Source: Candidatus Moanibacter sp. (GTDB taxonomy: Bacteria; Verrucomicrobiota; Verrucomicrobiia; Opitutales; UBA2987). From it: DNA of 64,000 bases. The position numbers and the translations under genes were made by a program. The DNA is taken from the NCBI GenBank assembly GCA_965215885.1, contig CBDCEW010000105.1, forward strand, positions 160,001 to 224,000. The letters are read 5' to 3'. This document shows positions 1 through 9,916 of this stretch, one piece after another; position 1 is the stretch's first letter; every line of letters starts with the position of its first letter. The notes under the pieces are model-generated. The model had not been told where the DNA came from and ran no database searches. It saw only the letters and a list, made by a program, of their open reading frames with translations.

Positions 1-43
1 TATCCAAATGGCTGATCTCGATGTGAATTGAACCGTTGTTCAT
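1..43 (-). CDS. 5' fragment of a gene, probably the MlaF-type ABC ATP-binding subunit (runs off window)
   Basis: ATG at 43 reads MNNGSIHIEISHLD, 4 nt after the mlaE stop; identity from synteny only. Confidence 0.5.
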   Translation of the reverse strand, partial: MNNGSIHIEISHLD

Positions 44-47
44 GACC

Positions 48-1187
48 TCAAACCCCATAAATGGCTGCAATCCAATCAATGAGCGCATTGAAAAATATAA
101 TCAAGGTAATCCCTGTCACCACTGCCGAAGTCGTAGCCAGACCCACGGCATCGGCGCTATTCCCCGATTGCATTCCCCGCAGGCAACCCGACACTGCTAC
201 GAGGACCCCAAACACGACGCCCTTGATGATCCCCAGATATATATCGGGTAGTGCAACCGCAACTTTCATTCCGTTGAGAAAGATGGGAAACGGGATATCC
301 AGCAAGGAATTAGAAATGAGCATACCGCTGAATATCCCAATGACATCGGCATAGATAACCAGCAGCGGCATCATGAATAAGAGCGCCATCATACGCGGCA
401 AGACAATAAAATCGATGGGAGATATACCCAGGGTCTTCAAGGCATCGATCTCCTCAGAGACCTTCATGCTCCCGATCTCGGCGGCAAATGCCGCACCCGT
501 CCGTCCCGCAATGATGATTCCAGTCATAAGTGGGCCCAACTCTCTCAATACTCCGTAAGCGACGAGATACGAGACGTAGAGGTCCGCCCCAAATCGACTC
601 AAAACAACTGCTCCCAGGAAAGCGACGATCAACCCGATCAAAAAACTGATCAAGGTTACAATAGGGAGCGCATTCGCTCCAACTTCCTGGAGGAGTAGGA
701 AAAAGTCTCTCCAACGGAACGAAACCCGTCGGCTCAACAGCTTGAGCACGCTGATTGAGCATTCCCCTGAAAAGGTCACGATCCCTGAGCCCTCCTCGTA
801 GAAGCGAATGCCCCAATCTCCCGCTCGCTGTAAAATGCTCCGTGACTGTTCTTCACGGCGAGCTTCCTCCTTCTCGGGAACTGCCTGAGAGAGAGCGAGT
901 AAGTTCTGGATGTCGTCAGGTAAACTGCCCTTTACAAATTCAATCTTATGGATACGGCAGTAGTTGAATACCCGCACCAGGAATGTCATCAACAATGAAT
1001 CCCATTGTCCCAGCGATTCTGTATTAAAGGATAATCGTTTTATCTCCTCTTCGCTATCCTTCGGATTCGGCAACACGAGCAGATCGGGCACGCCGCATCC
1101 AATCTTCCAGGGCCCGGATAACACGAGTTTCAAGACCCCTTCTGCAAATTCCAATTCGATATGGGCTTCTTGCGCCTCAGACTCCAT
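48..1187 (-). CDS. mlaE: MlaE-family ABC permease with N-terminal STAS-like domain
   Basis: RELGPLMTGIIIAGRTGAAFAAEIGSMKVSEEIDAL and VGLATTSAVV motifs; ATG 1187 preferred over TTG 1217. Confidence 0.9.
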   Translation of the reverse strand: MESEAQEAHIELEFAEGVLKLVLSGPWKIGCGVPDLLVLPNPKDSEEEIKRLSFNTESLGQWDSLLMTFLVRVFNYCRIHKIEFVKGSLPDDIQNLLALSQAVPEKEEARREEQSRSILQRAGDWGIRFYEEGSGIVTFSGECSISVLKLLSRRVSFRWRDFFLLLQEVGANALPIVTLISFLIGLIVAFLGAVVLSRFGADLYVSYLVAYGVLRELGPLMTGIIIAGRTGAAFAAEIGSMKVSEEIDALKTLGISPIDFIVLPRMMALLFMMPLLVIYADVIGIFSGMLISNSLLDIPFPIFLNGMKVAVALPDIYLGIIKGVVFGVLVAVSGCLRGMQSGNSADAVGLATTSAVVTGITLIIFFNALIDWIAAIYGV

Positions 1188-1473
1188 AGGACCTGTCCGT
1201 TGTTTCAGTTTCGCCAATTCGAAAGGTCATTCGAGTGAGAAGAGATTGTCAAAATGATTTGAGACAAACAAGTAGTTCGTACCCCTTTCGCCCTTTTCGC
1301 GTCTTTCGTGGGCAATCCTGCATTTTGTCCTCAATCCCTTTGACTCACCCTTCTCATGTCTTTGAAATTTGCGCAATCCATCGTGAAGAATCCGCCCAAG
1401 GTGTTCATCTCAACAGACTCCATTCAACCCAATACATAAAACCGAAATCCATTCTCAATCCTTCACTCGCCAG

Positions 1474-3687
1474 ATGTCACTTCTCAAGAAATCGCAAATC
1501 GCTGATGCGAAACTGAGCGGCGTATTGGAGCGAATCATCTTTTTGAATGAAGAGAATCAATACTGCGTCGGAGAATTTCGTGAAAGCGGCGAGCGCGATT
1601 CGATCGTAATAAGCGGCGTTCTACCCGGCGTTCAGTGTGGCGAGACCCTCGAATTGGAGGGAGATTGGGTCATCCATCCACGCCACGGAGATCAATTCAA
1701 GATTCGCGCCTATACTTCAAAACTCCCCTCTTCCGTCTATGGGATTCGGAAGTATCTGGGTAGCGGTCTCGTCCCGGGTATAGGCAAAGTCTTCGCCAAC
1801 AAGATCGTCGATCATTTCGGCACGGAAACATTGAGGGTCATATCAGAGGAATCGGTCCGTCTACGCGATGTTCCCGGCATAGGCGCGCATCGCGCCAAAG
1901 CCATAAAAGAGGCCTGGGAATCGCAACAGTCGGTCCGCGACGTCATGATGTTTCTCCAGACCTACGGAGTCTCCGTGGCGCAGTGCCTGCGCCTCGTCAA
2001 GAAGTACGGAAGCGCCGCTAAACTGATTATCCAACGCCAACCCTACACTATCGCGAGGGAGATCGACGGCATCGGCTTTAAGACCGCCGATCGGATAGCG
2101 ATAAATATCGGTTTCGCCAACGACAGCCCACAGCGTATTGAAGCAGGAATACTCTACGCTCTGCAGACCCTCGAGGATAACGGTCACACGGGATATCCTC
2201 TCCCTGAATTTCAAAGCTTTGCCTCCGAGTTGCTGGAAGCAGATTCGAACCTGATCGCAAAGCACCTCGATATTCTTATCAATGCCGGTTCCATTCGAAT
2301 TCCCTCGGGAGGAGATATTCTTCAACTACCCGCTACGGAAGAAGCGGAACGGAAAGTCGCCCACAGTGTATCGCAGATCCTCAGTCACGCTTCCAGACAG
2401 CCGCCCATTAAGATTGAAGCCGCTATCGAGTGGGCTCAGAAGAGGGCCGGCTTCGGATTCGGGCCCGACCAGGTAAACGCGATTCGGTCCGCCCTCACCG
2501 AGAAGATCTCCATTATTACGGGAGGGCCCGGAACGGGCAAGACGACTATTCTTCGCGCCGTTCTCGATATTCTGCGTGCCAAAAGAGTTAGGGTCCTGAT
2601 GGCTTCGCCCACCGGTCGCGCCGCTCAGCGCATGGCCGAGGCAACCGGGGGTTTCGCCCAGACGATTCATCGTCTCCTCAAGTACGATCCTTTTCAGGGG
2701 CAATTTACCGTCAATGAGGATTCCCCTCTCAAAGTCGATACACTAATCGTCGATGAAGCCAGCATGCTGGACAACCGTCTTGCTTCAGTCCTCCTTCGGG
2801 CCATCCCGGCGGCGGCCCATCTCATTCTCGTGGGTGATGTCGACCAGCTTCCCTCCGTAGGAGCTGGGAATGTCCTGCGGGATCTGATTTCCAGTGCGCG
2901 CGTCAAAGTCACACGTCTCGAGAAGATATTCAGGCAGGAAGAACAGAGTTCCATCGTTCGGGTGGCACACGAAATACTCCACGGAAATCCATCGCCTCCA
3001 TATCCGAAAAATTCCCTCAACGGAGAGGACGCGAAATACGACTTCCAATTTCTGAAGACCACCTCACCCGAGCAGTGTCTCGATTTGATCAAGAGCATCT
3101 GCCGGGATTTCATACCCGCATACACGGATTTTAATCCCGTCAGGGATGTTGAAATCCTCGCCCCTATTCACAAGGGAATCGCCGGCATCACCAACCTGAA
3201 TCGGGAACTTCAGGCCACTCTGAATACCAGCAAAAGGGGCTTATCGGTTGGTTCGTCGAGCTACCGGGTGGGGGATAAGATTATTCAAACGCGCAACAAT
3301 TACGAGAAGAATATCTTTAACGGCGACCTTGGAATCGTTTCCACCATCAATCCCGAATCCTCTTCACTCGCCGCTGAGTTCGATGGCGAGATTATCGAAT
3401 TTGACCGCCTCGATATCGCGGATCTGAAACTCGCCTACGCCATAAGCGTCCACAAATCCCAAGGGAGTGAATTCCCCGTCGTTGTTCTGCCCTTGCTCAA
3501 ACAGCACTATATGATGCTTCAACGCAATTTGCTCTACACAGCGATCTCCCGAGGAAAGAAAAAGGTCTTCATCGTAGGAGATCCCACTGCCTACGCCATG
3601 GCCGTAAGAAACAAGAAATCGGTCGCCCGCCACACCGATCTCAAACGCAAAATCCAGGCCCTCCTCCCGCCGGGCCGGACCGCCTAG
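1474..3687 (+). CDS. recD2: ATP-dependent RecD2 helicase
   Basis: N-terminal OB/HhH region, Walker A GGPGTGKT, VDEASM, GDVDQLPSVG, SVHKSQGSE. Confidence 0.93.
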   Translation: MSLLKKSQIADAKLSGVLERIIFLNEENQYCVGEFRESGERDSIVISGVLPGVQCGETLELEGDWVIHPRHGDQFKIRAYTSKLPSSVYGIRKYLGSGLVPGIGKVFANKIVDHFGTETLRVISEESVRLRDVPGIGAHRAKAIKEAWESQQSVRDVMMFLQTYGVSVAQCLRLVKKYGSAAKLIIQRQPYTIAREIDGIGFKTADRIAINIGFANDSPQRIEAGILYALQTLEDNGHTGYPLPEFQSFASELLEADSNLIAKHLDILINAGSIRIPSGGDILQLPATEEAERKVAHSVSQILSHASRQPPIKIEAAIEWAQKRAGFGFGPDQVNAIRSALTEKISIITGGPGTGKTTILRAVLDILRAKRVRVLMASPTGRAAQRMAEATGGFAQTIHRLLKYDPFQGQFTVNEDSPLKVDTLIVDEASMLDNRLASVLLRAIPAAAHLILVGDVDQLPSVGAGNVLRDLISSARVKVTRLEKIFRQEEQSSIVRVAHEILHGNPSPPYPKNSLNGEDAKYDFQFLKTTSPEQCLDLIKSICRDFIPAYTDFNPVRDVEILAPIHKGIAGITNLNRELQATLNTSKRGLSVGSSSYRVGDKIIQTRNNYEKNIFNGDLGIVSTINPESSSLAAEFDGEIIEFDRLDIADLKLAYAISVHKSQGSEFPVVVLPLLKQHYMMLQRNLLYTAISRGKKKVFIVGDPTAYAMAVRNKKSVARHTDLKRKIQALLPPGRTA

Positions 3688-3865
3688 CCCGGACATTTCA
3701 CACACTTCGTAGTGAGACTGCGTAGTTTGCTGCGTATCAGTGCCTTTCCGCAGCACGGCGGGCGACAGCGTGTTGGAACCCTCTGAGGTCGCCGGACAAG
3801 GGAAGGCTTTGAGACGCAGTGACATCCGCGGTCGTAGCAGAAGATTTGTGAAATTTTCGGGCTAG
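3684..3865. repeat. MITE-like repeat family A, copy 1
   Basis: Imperfect terminal IR CTAGCCCGGACATTTCAC...GTGAAATTTTCGGGCTAG; similar copies at 23127 and 24544. Confidence 0.9.
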
Positions 3866-3944
3866 CCGTGAAAGTAACCTGTCTCGGCGCATACCCACTC
3901 TACCGAACATTCCGAATTATAAGAAAGTCGTGTCCGATAGATTC

Positions 3945-5246
3945 CTAACCCAAAATGGCACCTGCCACACTTGCGTTGATGAGGGTGGCAATGGTTCCTC
4001 CGGCAAGGGCGCGCAGGACGAGGCCGGCGAAATTATGGCGTTGGCCGGGCGCGAGGGTGGAGAGGCCGCCTATCACGATACCGCAGGAGGTGAAATGGGC
4101 GAAGCCACAAAGGGCAAAGGTTGATATAACAATCGCTTTCGGGTCGGTCAGGACACCCGTCTCGATCATGTCTCCGAGAGAGAGGTAGGCGATAAATTCA
4201 GTGATGATGATTCTCTCGCCGAGAAGACGCCCCACCAGCAGGACACTCTCACTGTCGACCCCTATCACCCATGCCACCGGGGCAAAGATCGCTCCCGCCA
4301 TAAACTGCAAGGTCAAGCCGTCAAAATTTCCGCTCGTGGCAGACACGAACATCTCATTGACGTGCAAAAATTCTCCGATCCACTCCCTGGTGATGTAATT
4401 GCAGAGATGGATCAGAGAGATAAATACAATGAGCAAGGCGATAACTGTAACAGCCAGTTTCAGTCCCTGGTAGGTACCTGCGGCAATAGCGTCGAATATA
4501 TTGATGCCGATCGATTCTTTGGACACTTCCAGATTCTGATTCACTTCTTCGGTCTCAGGGTAGAGGAGTTTCGACACCACGAGGGCGATGGGCACCGCCA
4601 TAATGGATGCCGTTATGAGGTGCGTTCCCGCCGCCACTGTCTTTACCGGATCCCCTCCCCCAACTACGCTCATATAAAGTCCGAGGATGGTGCCCGACAT
4701 GGTCGCCATACCGACTGTCATCAGGCACATAATTTCCGACCGGGTCATGCGCTCAATGTAGGGACGCACGACCAGCGGCGCCTCCGTGTACCCGATGAAG
4801 ACATTGGCGGCCGCGGACAACGTTTCCGCGCCGGATAACTTCATCGTCCTCTGCATCAGCCAGGCGAAGGCGTAGACGATCTTCTGCAGGATTCCGAGAT
4901 AGTAGAGGACGGAAGTGAGCACCGCGAAAAACATAATCGAGGGTAAAATCTTGAACCCAAGCTGTGCTTCGTGGATGGGGTCGGTGGCCAGTTTTCCGAA
5001 GAGAAAATTCGTACCCACCGTGGCGAATCCGATAATTTCTCCAAAAAACTCCGCCACCGCCTCCACTACCTTGTTCACAAAGCGCACTTTGAGCATCAAG
5101 AAGGCCAGGATCAGTTGGAGACCAAGTCCCGATCTGACCAGGCGCCAGTTCACCGATTTGCGGTCTGCGCTGAAATACCAGCAAACCGATAAAAGCGCGC
5201 AGACCCCAAAAATCCCGCGGGCAATCGTTATTGCTTTTTCCGGCAC
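3945..5246 (-). CDS. NupC/CNT-family nucleoside transporter, divergent paralogue
   Basis: CNT architecture; AANVFIGYTEAP and FALCGFAHFTS variants of conserved motifs. Confidence 0.88.
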   Translation of the reverse strand: MPEKAITIARGIFGVCALLSVCWYFSADRKSVNWRLVRSGLGLQLILAFLMLKVRFVNKVVEAVAEFFGEIIGFATVGTNFLFGKLATDPIHEAQLGFKILPSIMFFAVLTSVLYYLGILQKIVYAFAWLMQRTMKLSGAETLSAAANVFIGYTEAPLVVRPYIERMTRSEIMCLMTVGMATMSGTILGLYMSVVGGGDPVKTVAAGTHLITASIMAVPIALVVSKLLYPETEEVNQNLEVSKESIGINIFDAIAAGTYQGLKLAVTVIALLIVFISLIHLCNYITREWIGEFLHVNEMFVSATSGNFDGLTLQFMAGAIFAPVAWVIGVDSESVLLVGRLLGERIIITEFIAYLSLGDMIETGVLTDPKAIVISTFALCGFAHFTSCGIVIGGLSTLAPGQRHNFAGLVLRALAGGTIATLINASVAGAILG

Positions 5247-5265
5247 GATCTAACCCGCTGTTCCA

Positions 5266-6567
5266 TTAGAACGAAATGAAGATCCCGGCAATGGTACCGA
5301 TCATAAGGCTGGCGCAGGTCCCGCCAATCATGGCGCGAAAGGCCAGCGCGGCGAGGTTCCCTCTCTGTCCCGGCGCCAAAACCGAAATCCCTGCAATCTG
5401 AATCCCCATGCTGCTGAAATTGGCGAAGCCGCAAAGGGCGAAGGTCGTGATGACAAACGATTTTTCGTTTACCAGATGGCCGGCATCAATGAGAGTCCTC
5501 ATTTCCTGAAAAGCGACGAACTCATTCAAGACCATCTTCTGCCCCAGCAACTGCCCAACCACGAGCAGGTTTTCCATGTCGATCCCGATGAGGAATGCGA
5601 TTGGGGCAAAGAAAACGCCGAAAATAAACTGAAGCGTCAGCCCATCGTAGACTCCACCGGTCATGGCCTCTATTCCGGCGTTTATATTCGTCCAGGACCC
5701 GATCCAATTCACCGTCACATGATTAATCAGGGCCATGAGGGCGAGAAACACCATTACAATAGCGCCAACATTCACGGCCAGGCGCACTCCCTGGGTGGTA
5801 CCGCTAGCGACCGCATCGAAAACATTGACCCCGATCGACTCCCTGGCAACTTTCAGGTCCGGATCGGTTTCCTCTCTCTCGGGAAAGAGCATCTTGGCGC
5901 AGATAATCGCGCCGGGCGCCGCCATAATGGAGGCGGAAATAAGGTGGGTTCCGATTGCAATCTGCTTCTCCACATCCTCCCCACCCAGAATATCCATGTA
6001 GGCAACGAGAACAGCGCCCGCAATCGTCGCCATACCGCCGGTCATCAGGCAGACGATTTCGGATTTCGTCATGCGTTCGAGATAGGGGCGAATGACGAGG
6101 GGCGCTTCCGTCTGCCCGATAAAGACGTTAGCCGCGGCCGCCAGACTCTCCGCTCCGGAGAGGCGCATCGTTTTGTGCATGACCCACGCAAATCCGAACA
6201 CCACCTTCTGTAGGATCCCCAGGTAATACAACAGCGAGCTGAGAGCGGAGAAAAATACGATGGAGGGGAGCACTCTGAAGGCAAACGTCGCACCGTAAGA
6301 CCTGTCCGTTGGCAGCTTGCCGAAGATAAAGGTTGAACCCTCTACGGAAAATTCGATCAGCCTTCGGAAAAACGTCGAAACCGCCCCGATAAGATCGTTG
6401 AATAAGGGCACCTTCATCACCAGAATGGCAATGAATACCTGTAGTGCGAACCCCGCTCCGACCAATCGCCAGTTGATGTGCTTTCTATCGACGCTGAACA
6501 AATACAGAAAAGCGTAAATCGCGGCCAAACCCAATACTCCGCGTATCAAATTCGTCAATACGTCCAT
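5266..6567 (-). CDS. NupC/CNT-family nucleoside transporter, canonical
   Basis: AANVFIGQTEAP, NEFVAF and FALCGFANFSS motifs. Confidence 0.92.
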   Translation of the reverse strand: MDVLTNLIRGVLGLAAIYAFLYLFSVDRKHINWRLVGAGFALQVFIAILVMKVPLFNDLIGAVSTFFRRLIEFSVEGSTFIFGKLPTDRSYGATFAFRVLPSIVFFSALSSLLYYLGILQKVVFGFAWVMHKTMRLSGAESLAAAANVFIGQTEAPLVIRPYLERMTKSEIVCLMTGGMATIAGAVLVAYMDILGGEDVEKQIAIGTHLISASIMAAPGAIICAKMLFPEREETDPDLKVARESIGVNVFDAVASGTTQGVRLAVNVGAIVMVFLALMALINHVTVNWIGSWTNINAGIEAMTGGVYDGLTLQFIFGVFFAPIAFLIGIDMENLLVVGQLLGQKMVLNEFVAFQEMRTLIDAGHLVNEKSFVITTFALCGFANFSSMGIQIAGISVLAPGQRGNLAALAFRAMIGGTCASLMIGTIAGIFISF

Positions 6568-6651
6568 CCTGGCGCAGAGACTGGAGGACTTTCAGAGGCT
6601 GCACAACCCATACTTTTAGCCTGGAAATTTCAAATGTTTTCCAGGCTAGAG

Positions 6652-7353
6652 TCACTCTCTAAATCTGCGCCAATAGATCTCGTCAAAGATTCTCCGCAAA
6701 GTAACCGGATCGTATTTCGCTTGTGTATAATGGCAAGGTAAGATGCCACCGGGATTTAACGCCATAACTTTGCGAAAGCTCTCAGGAATCAAGTGGGGCA
6801 CGCTGTTAAGGACGGGCGGCGGCGGAAAATCGCCATAAAACATGCTCGCAAAAAGGTCACCCGCGAACAGCAGGTCATGTTTTGCGCTGTAATATCCACA
6901 ATGCCCTTTTGTGTGCCCCGGAAGGTGTACGACTCGCAAACCGCCCCAGAGGGGAAGACTCTGTTCTTCTTCAATATAGATATCGATATCGGCTCTTTTG
7001 TATCGAATGAGAAACCGCCCGACCGATTCGAGCCATCCGCACACCCGATTGACCCCCTCATAGGGATAAGCCCCGTCCAAATGTGCCTGCTCGTCTATGT
7101 GCCCGTAGACGGTTGCACTTGTCAGCTCTTTGAAACGGTGTAGATTTCCCGCGTGATCGAGATGTCCGTGCGTGAGCAGGATAGCTTCCACCGAGTCCCT
7201 TGACAGGCCGAGCTTTTTCAGCTGACGGAAGACCAATCTCACTTCACCCAGCATTCCGGTATCGATCAATACGCAACTGTCGCCATCGACTAAAAGGTGC
7301 ACGTGGCCCAGAAATCCCGCTATGGAATAGAGACCTGGAGGATGTCGGCTCAT
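6652..7353 (-). CDS. Metallo-beta-lactamase fold hydrolase
   Basis: LIDTG, THGHLDHAG, PGHT, AGD and PCH motifs; start uncertain (ORF track gives 7446). Confidence 0.85.
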   Translation of the reverse strand: MSRHPPGLYSIAGFLGHVHLLVDGDSCVLIDTGMLGEVRLVFRQLKKLGLSRDSVEAILLTHGHLDHAGNLHRFKELTSATVYGHIDEQAHLDGAYPYEGVNRVCGWLESVGRFLIRYKRADIDIYIEEEQSLPLWGGLRVVHLPGHTKGHCGYYSAKHDLLFAGDLFASMFYGDFPPPPVLNSVPHLIPESFRKVMALNPGGILPCHYTQAKYDPVTLRRIFDEIYWRRFRE

Positions 7354-7453
7354 GAGTGGCTGCTGATTCCCTTCTTCAATCTCGATTCGCTCGAAATCCT
7401 TCAAAGGAATCTTTATCCTTGAACGAAGGAAGAGGATTTCCGACAAATTCTCT

Positions 7454-7942
7454 TTGCCTGAAACTACTATACCTCAAACAGTAATACATCTGAAACAGCG
7501 ATTCAATACTCTCTTCTCTACTATTCTGATTCTCGCTTCTTTCTTGTTGAGCGCCTGCGAAACAACAAATCCGAAATCCGGCAGAGTGAGGGTTCCCATC
7601 GCTTCACCCGAATGGGAGATCGAGGAGGATATGCTCTCACACACCCCTTTGGGTTCGAATCCCGATTTTGTCCTCGAGTTTGTCAATAACCAGCTCGTTC
7701 ATTCTGAAGAGACTGATTCCGAATACGACGACATCTATGTTTATGTCGACGATGCCGACGGCGACCCCTACCCCGCTGAAATGAAATACAAGATTATCCA
7801 GGTGCACATGGGCCTGCACGGCTCCGCTCAGCAAAACTTCCTTCTCAAAAGCAACTGGGTCTATATTTCCTGGCTCTTTGAAAACGACTCTCTCGTTGAG
7901 ATTATCGTTACCAAGGTGATTCCCGATTCCCAGGAGGTCTGA
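7454..7942 (+). CDS. Hypothetical lipoprotein
   Basis: Hydrophobic stretch ending in lipobox LSAC; start codon uncertain. Confidence 0.6.
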   Translation: MPETTIPQTVIHLKQRFNTLFSTILILASFLLSACETTNPKSGRVRVPIASPEWEIEEDMLSHTPLGSNPDFVLEFVNNQLVHSEETDSEYDDIYVYVDDADGDPYPAEMKYKIIQVHMGLHGSAQQNFLLKSNWVYISWLFENDSLVEIIVTKVIPDSQEV

Positions 7943-7991
7943 CCATCGACTACGATTGCAACTACGCGCTACGAACTGGCATCCATCACAA

Positions 7992-9185
7992 TTAACCCAT
8001 CGTTGCTGCACTGAATTCGGCCTCGTTCTCCAGCCCGGATATCTCGTGAATCTTCGGAGACAGGGGATAACGATATATTTTGCCTTCGTAGTTGCGCATA
8101 ACGATCTCTTCGTCGTTGATCTCTTCTACATACTCAGGGTTCACCGGAATCTTTCCTCCACCACCCGGCGCATCGATTACGTATTGTGGTATGGCAAATC
8201 CGCTGGTGTGTCCCCGCAAACCTTGAATGATTTCAATCCCGGTGCGCACATCGGTTCGAAAGTGGGCGCTTCCTGTTATGAGATCGCACTGATACAGATA
8301 ATAGGGCCGCACTCTCATCATCAGTAGTCTATGCACGAGCGATTTCATTATCTCCACATCATCGTTGACACCTTTCAGGAGCACCGACTGATTGCCCAAA
8401 GGAACCCCAGCAAAAGAGAGTCTTTCGCACGCCTCTTTCAATTCATGGGTGCACTCCTTAGGATGGTTTACATGTATACTCATCCATACGGGACCATGTC
8501 TTCGTAATATCTCGCACAAATCCCCTGTGATTCGCTGTGGCAGAAAGATGGGAACTCGCGTGCCAATCCGTATAAACTCGACATGGTCGATCTCGCGCAG
8601 GCGGCTGAGCAGGTAGTCGATCTTGTTGTCGGAGAATATGAGAGGGTCTCCCCCACTTAAAAGCACATCGCGCACCTCCTCGTGCTCCTCGATATATTTC
8701 AGCCCCGCTTCAAAATTCGGATGAAAATTATAGTCCTGCGCATTCGACACCAGCCGGCTCCTGGTACAGTAGCGACAATATGCCGCGCAACGATCGGTCA
8801 CTAGAAAAAGCACTCGATCCGGATATCGATGTACCAGGCCCTCAACCGGCATCGTCTTTTCCTCTCCTACCGGATCGAGCAATTCCTCCGGCGCGATCTG
8901 CATTTCCTCTCCCCGCGGCACCACCTGACGACGCATCGCACATTCCGGATTTTCGGGATCGATTAGATTAAGGAAATACGGAGTTATCGAGAGAACCAGC
9001 TTCTTGTTCGCAAACAGGCAACCCGCCTTTTCTTCAGGAGTGAGCGTCAGATATTCCTCCAACTCTTCCAGCCTCGTTATCCTGTTCTGCAACTGCCACC
9101 GCCAATTATTCCAATTTTCCTCAGGTATGTCGGACCAGTGGCCCCGCCCTCTATACCAATTCTCTATCGCGTCCCTCTTATACAT
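7992..9185 (-). CDS. kamA: Lysine 2,3-aminomutase (KamA-family radical SAM)
   Basis: HRYPDR, CAAYCRYC, LSGGDPL, RPYYLYQCD and PGGGGKIP (PLP lysine). Confidence 0.9.
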   Translation of the reverse strand: MYKRDAIENWYRGRGHWSDIPEENWNNWRWQLQNRITRLEELEEYLTLTPEEKAGCLFANKKLVLSITPYFLNLIDPENPECAMRRQVVPRGEEMQIAPEELLDPVGEEKTMPVEGLVHRYPDRVLFLVTDRCAAYCRYCTRSRLVSNAQDYNFHPNFEAGLKYIEEHEEVRDVLLSGGDPLIFSDNKIDYLLSRLREIDHVEFIRIGTRVPIFLPQRITGDLCEILRRHGPVWMSIHVNHPKECTHELKEACERLSFAGVPLGNQSVLLKGVNDDVEIMKSLVHRLLMMRVRPYYLYQCDLITGSAHFRTDVRTGIEIIQGLRGHTSGFAIPQYVIDAPGGGGKIPVNPEYVEEINDEEIVMRNYEGKIYRYPLSPKIHEISGLENEAEFSAATMG

Positions 9186-9211
9186 CCTTTGAAAACTTTT
9201 CCTTAATTTGC

Positions 9212-9235
9212 ATTGACGTATTTAAATTTGTCAAT
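9212..9235. promoter_or_regulatory. Inverted repeat / back-to-back -35 boxes between kamA and the ArsR regulator
   Basis: ATTGAC-N12-GTCAAT in a 73-bp AT-rich divergent spacer. Confidence 0.5.
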
Positions 9236-9258
9236 ACATTTTAAAGGAGTTCCCAGCA

Positions 9259-9609
9259 ATGAGTCACACGGACGAAGATTTAGCGAAGCAACTTTGGGCT
9301 ATAGGAGACATTGCCCGGCTAAAGATCCTACGAGTGCTGCCTCATTCACCGAACTGCGAACACGGCAACAACGTATCGCAACTCGCGGAAATGCTTGGGA
9401 TGCCGCAGCCGACCATATCGCATCATTTAAAGGTACTCCGACAGGCCGGTATGGTGACTAACAAGAAGATGTGTCGGGATGTATTCTACTGGATTGATCG
9501 CAATAGCGCGGGCCAGGTCTACGATCAACTGCAGGAGATTCTGAAGATACCGGCGCAGGATTTTCGCACCCACAAGATTCTAACGAATCCCGAAGAGAGC
9601 GGCACTTGA
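9259..9609 (+). CDS. ArsR/SmtB-family transcriptional regulator
   Basis: RLKIL...VSQLAEMLGMPQPTISHHLKVLRQAGMV winged HTH. Confidence 0.9.
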   Translation: MSHTDEDLAKQLWAIGDIARLKILRVLPHSPNCEHGNNVSQLAEMLGMPQPTISHHLKVLRQAGMVTNKKMCRDVFYWIDRNSAGQVYDQLQEILKIPAQDFRTHKILTNPEESGT

Positions 9610-9916
9610 TTGAATCCGTAGAACATGCTCGCTGAAAAGGGAATTCGTATCTACATCCCCCACGCTCTTGACTCGCCATAGCCCACCGGGCGACGGCGGT
9701 TGTGGTGGGGTCAGTTGAGGAATCGAGCTACACGAACCGGCTCGAAACCGCAACAAATCCCCCAGGCTTGTCCTGGGGATCGTTAGGTTTCTTTGGGAGG
9801 ATACCCAGATCTGCAATCGCAATCGCCTTTGTTCGTATTTCGCCGAATAACGAACATAGAGTCAGTAACGTATCTGGATGTTGCGGAATTGGCAGCCTCA
9901 AACTGAGCCGGATGTT

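Noticed and set aside
1276..1319. Short TTTCGC-type tandem repeat
   Set aside because: Degenerate, single occurrence in the window; no function can be supported
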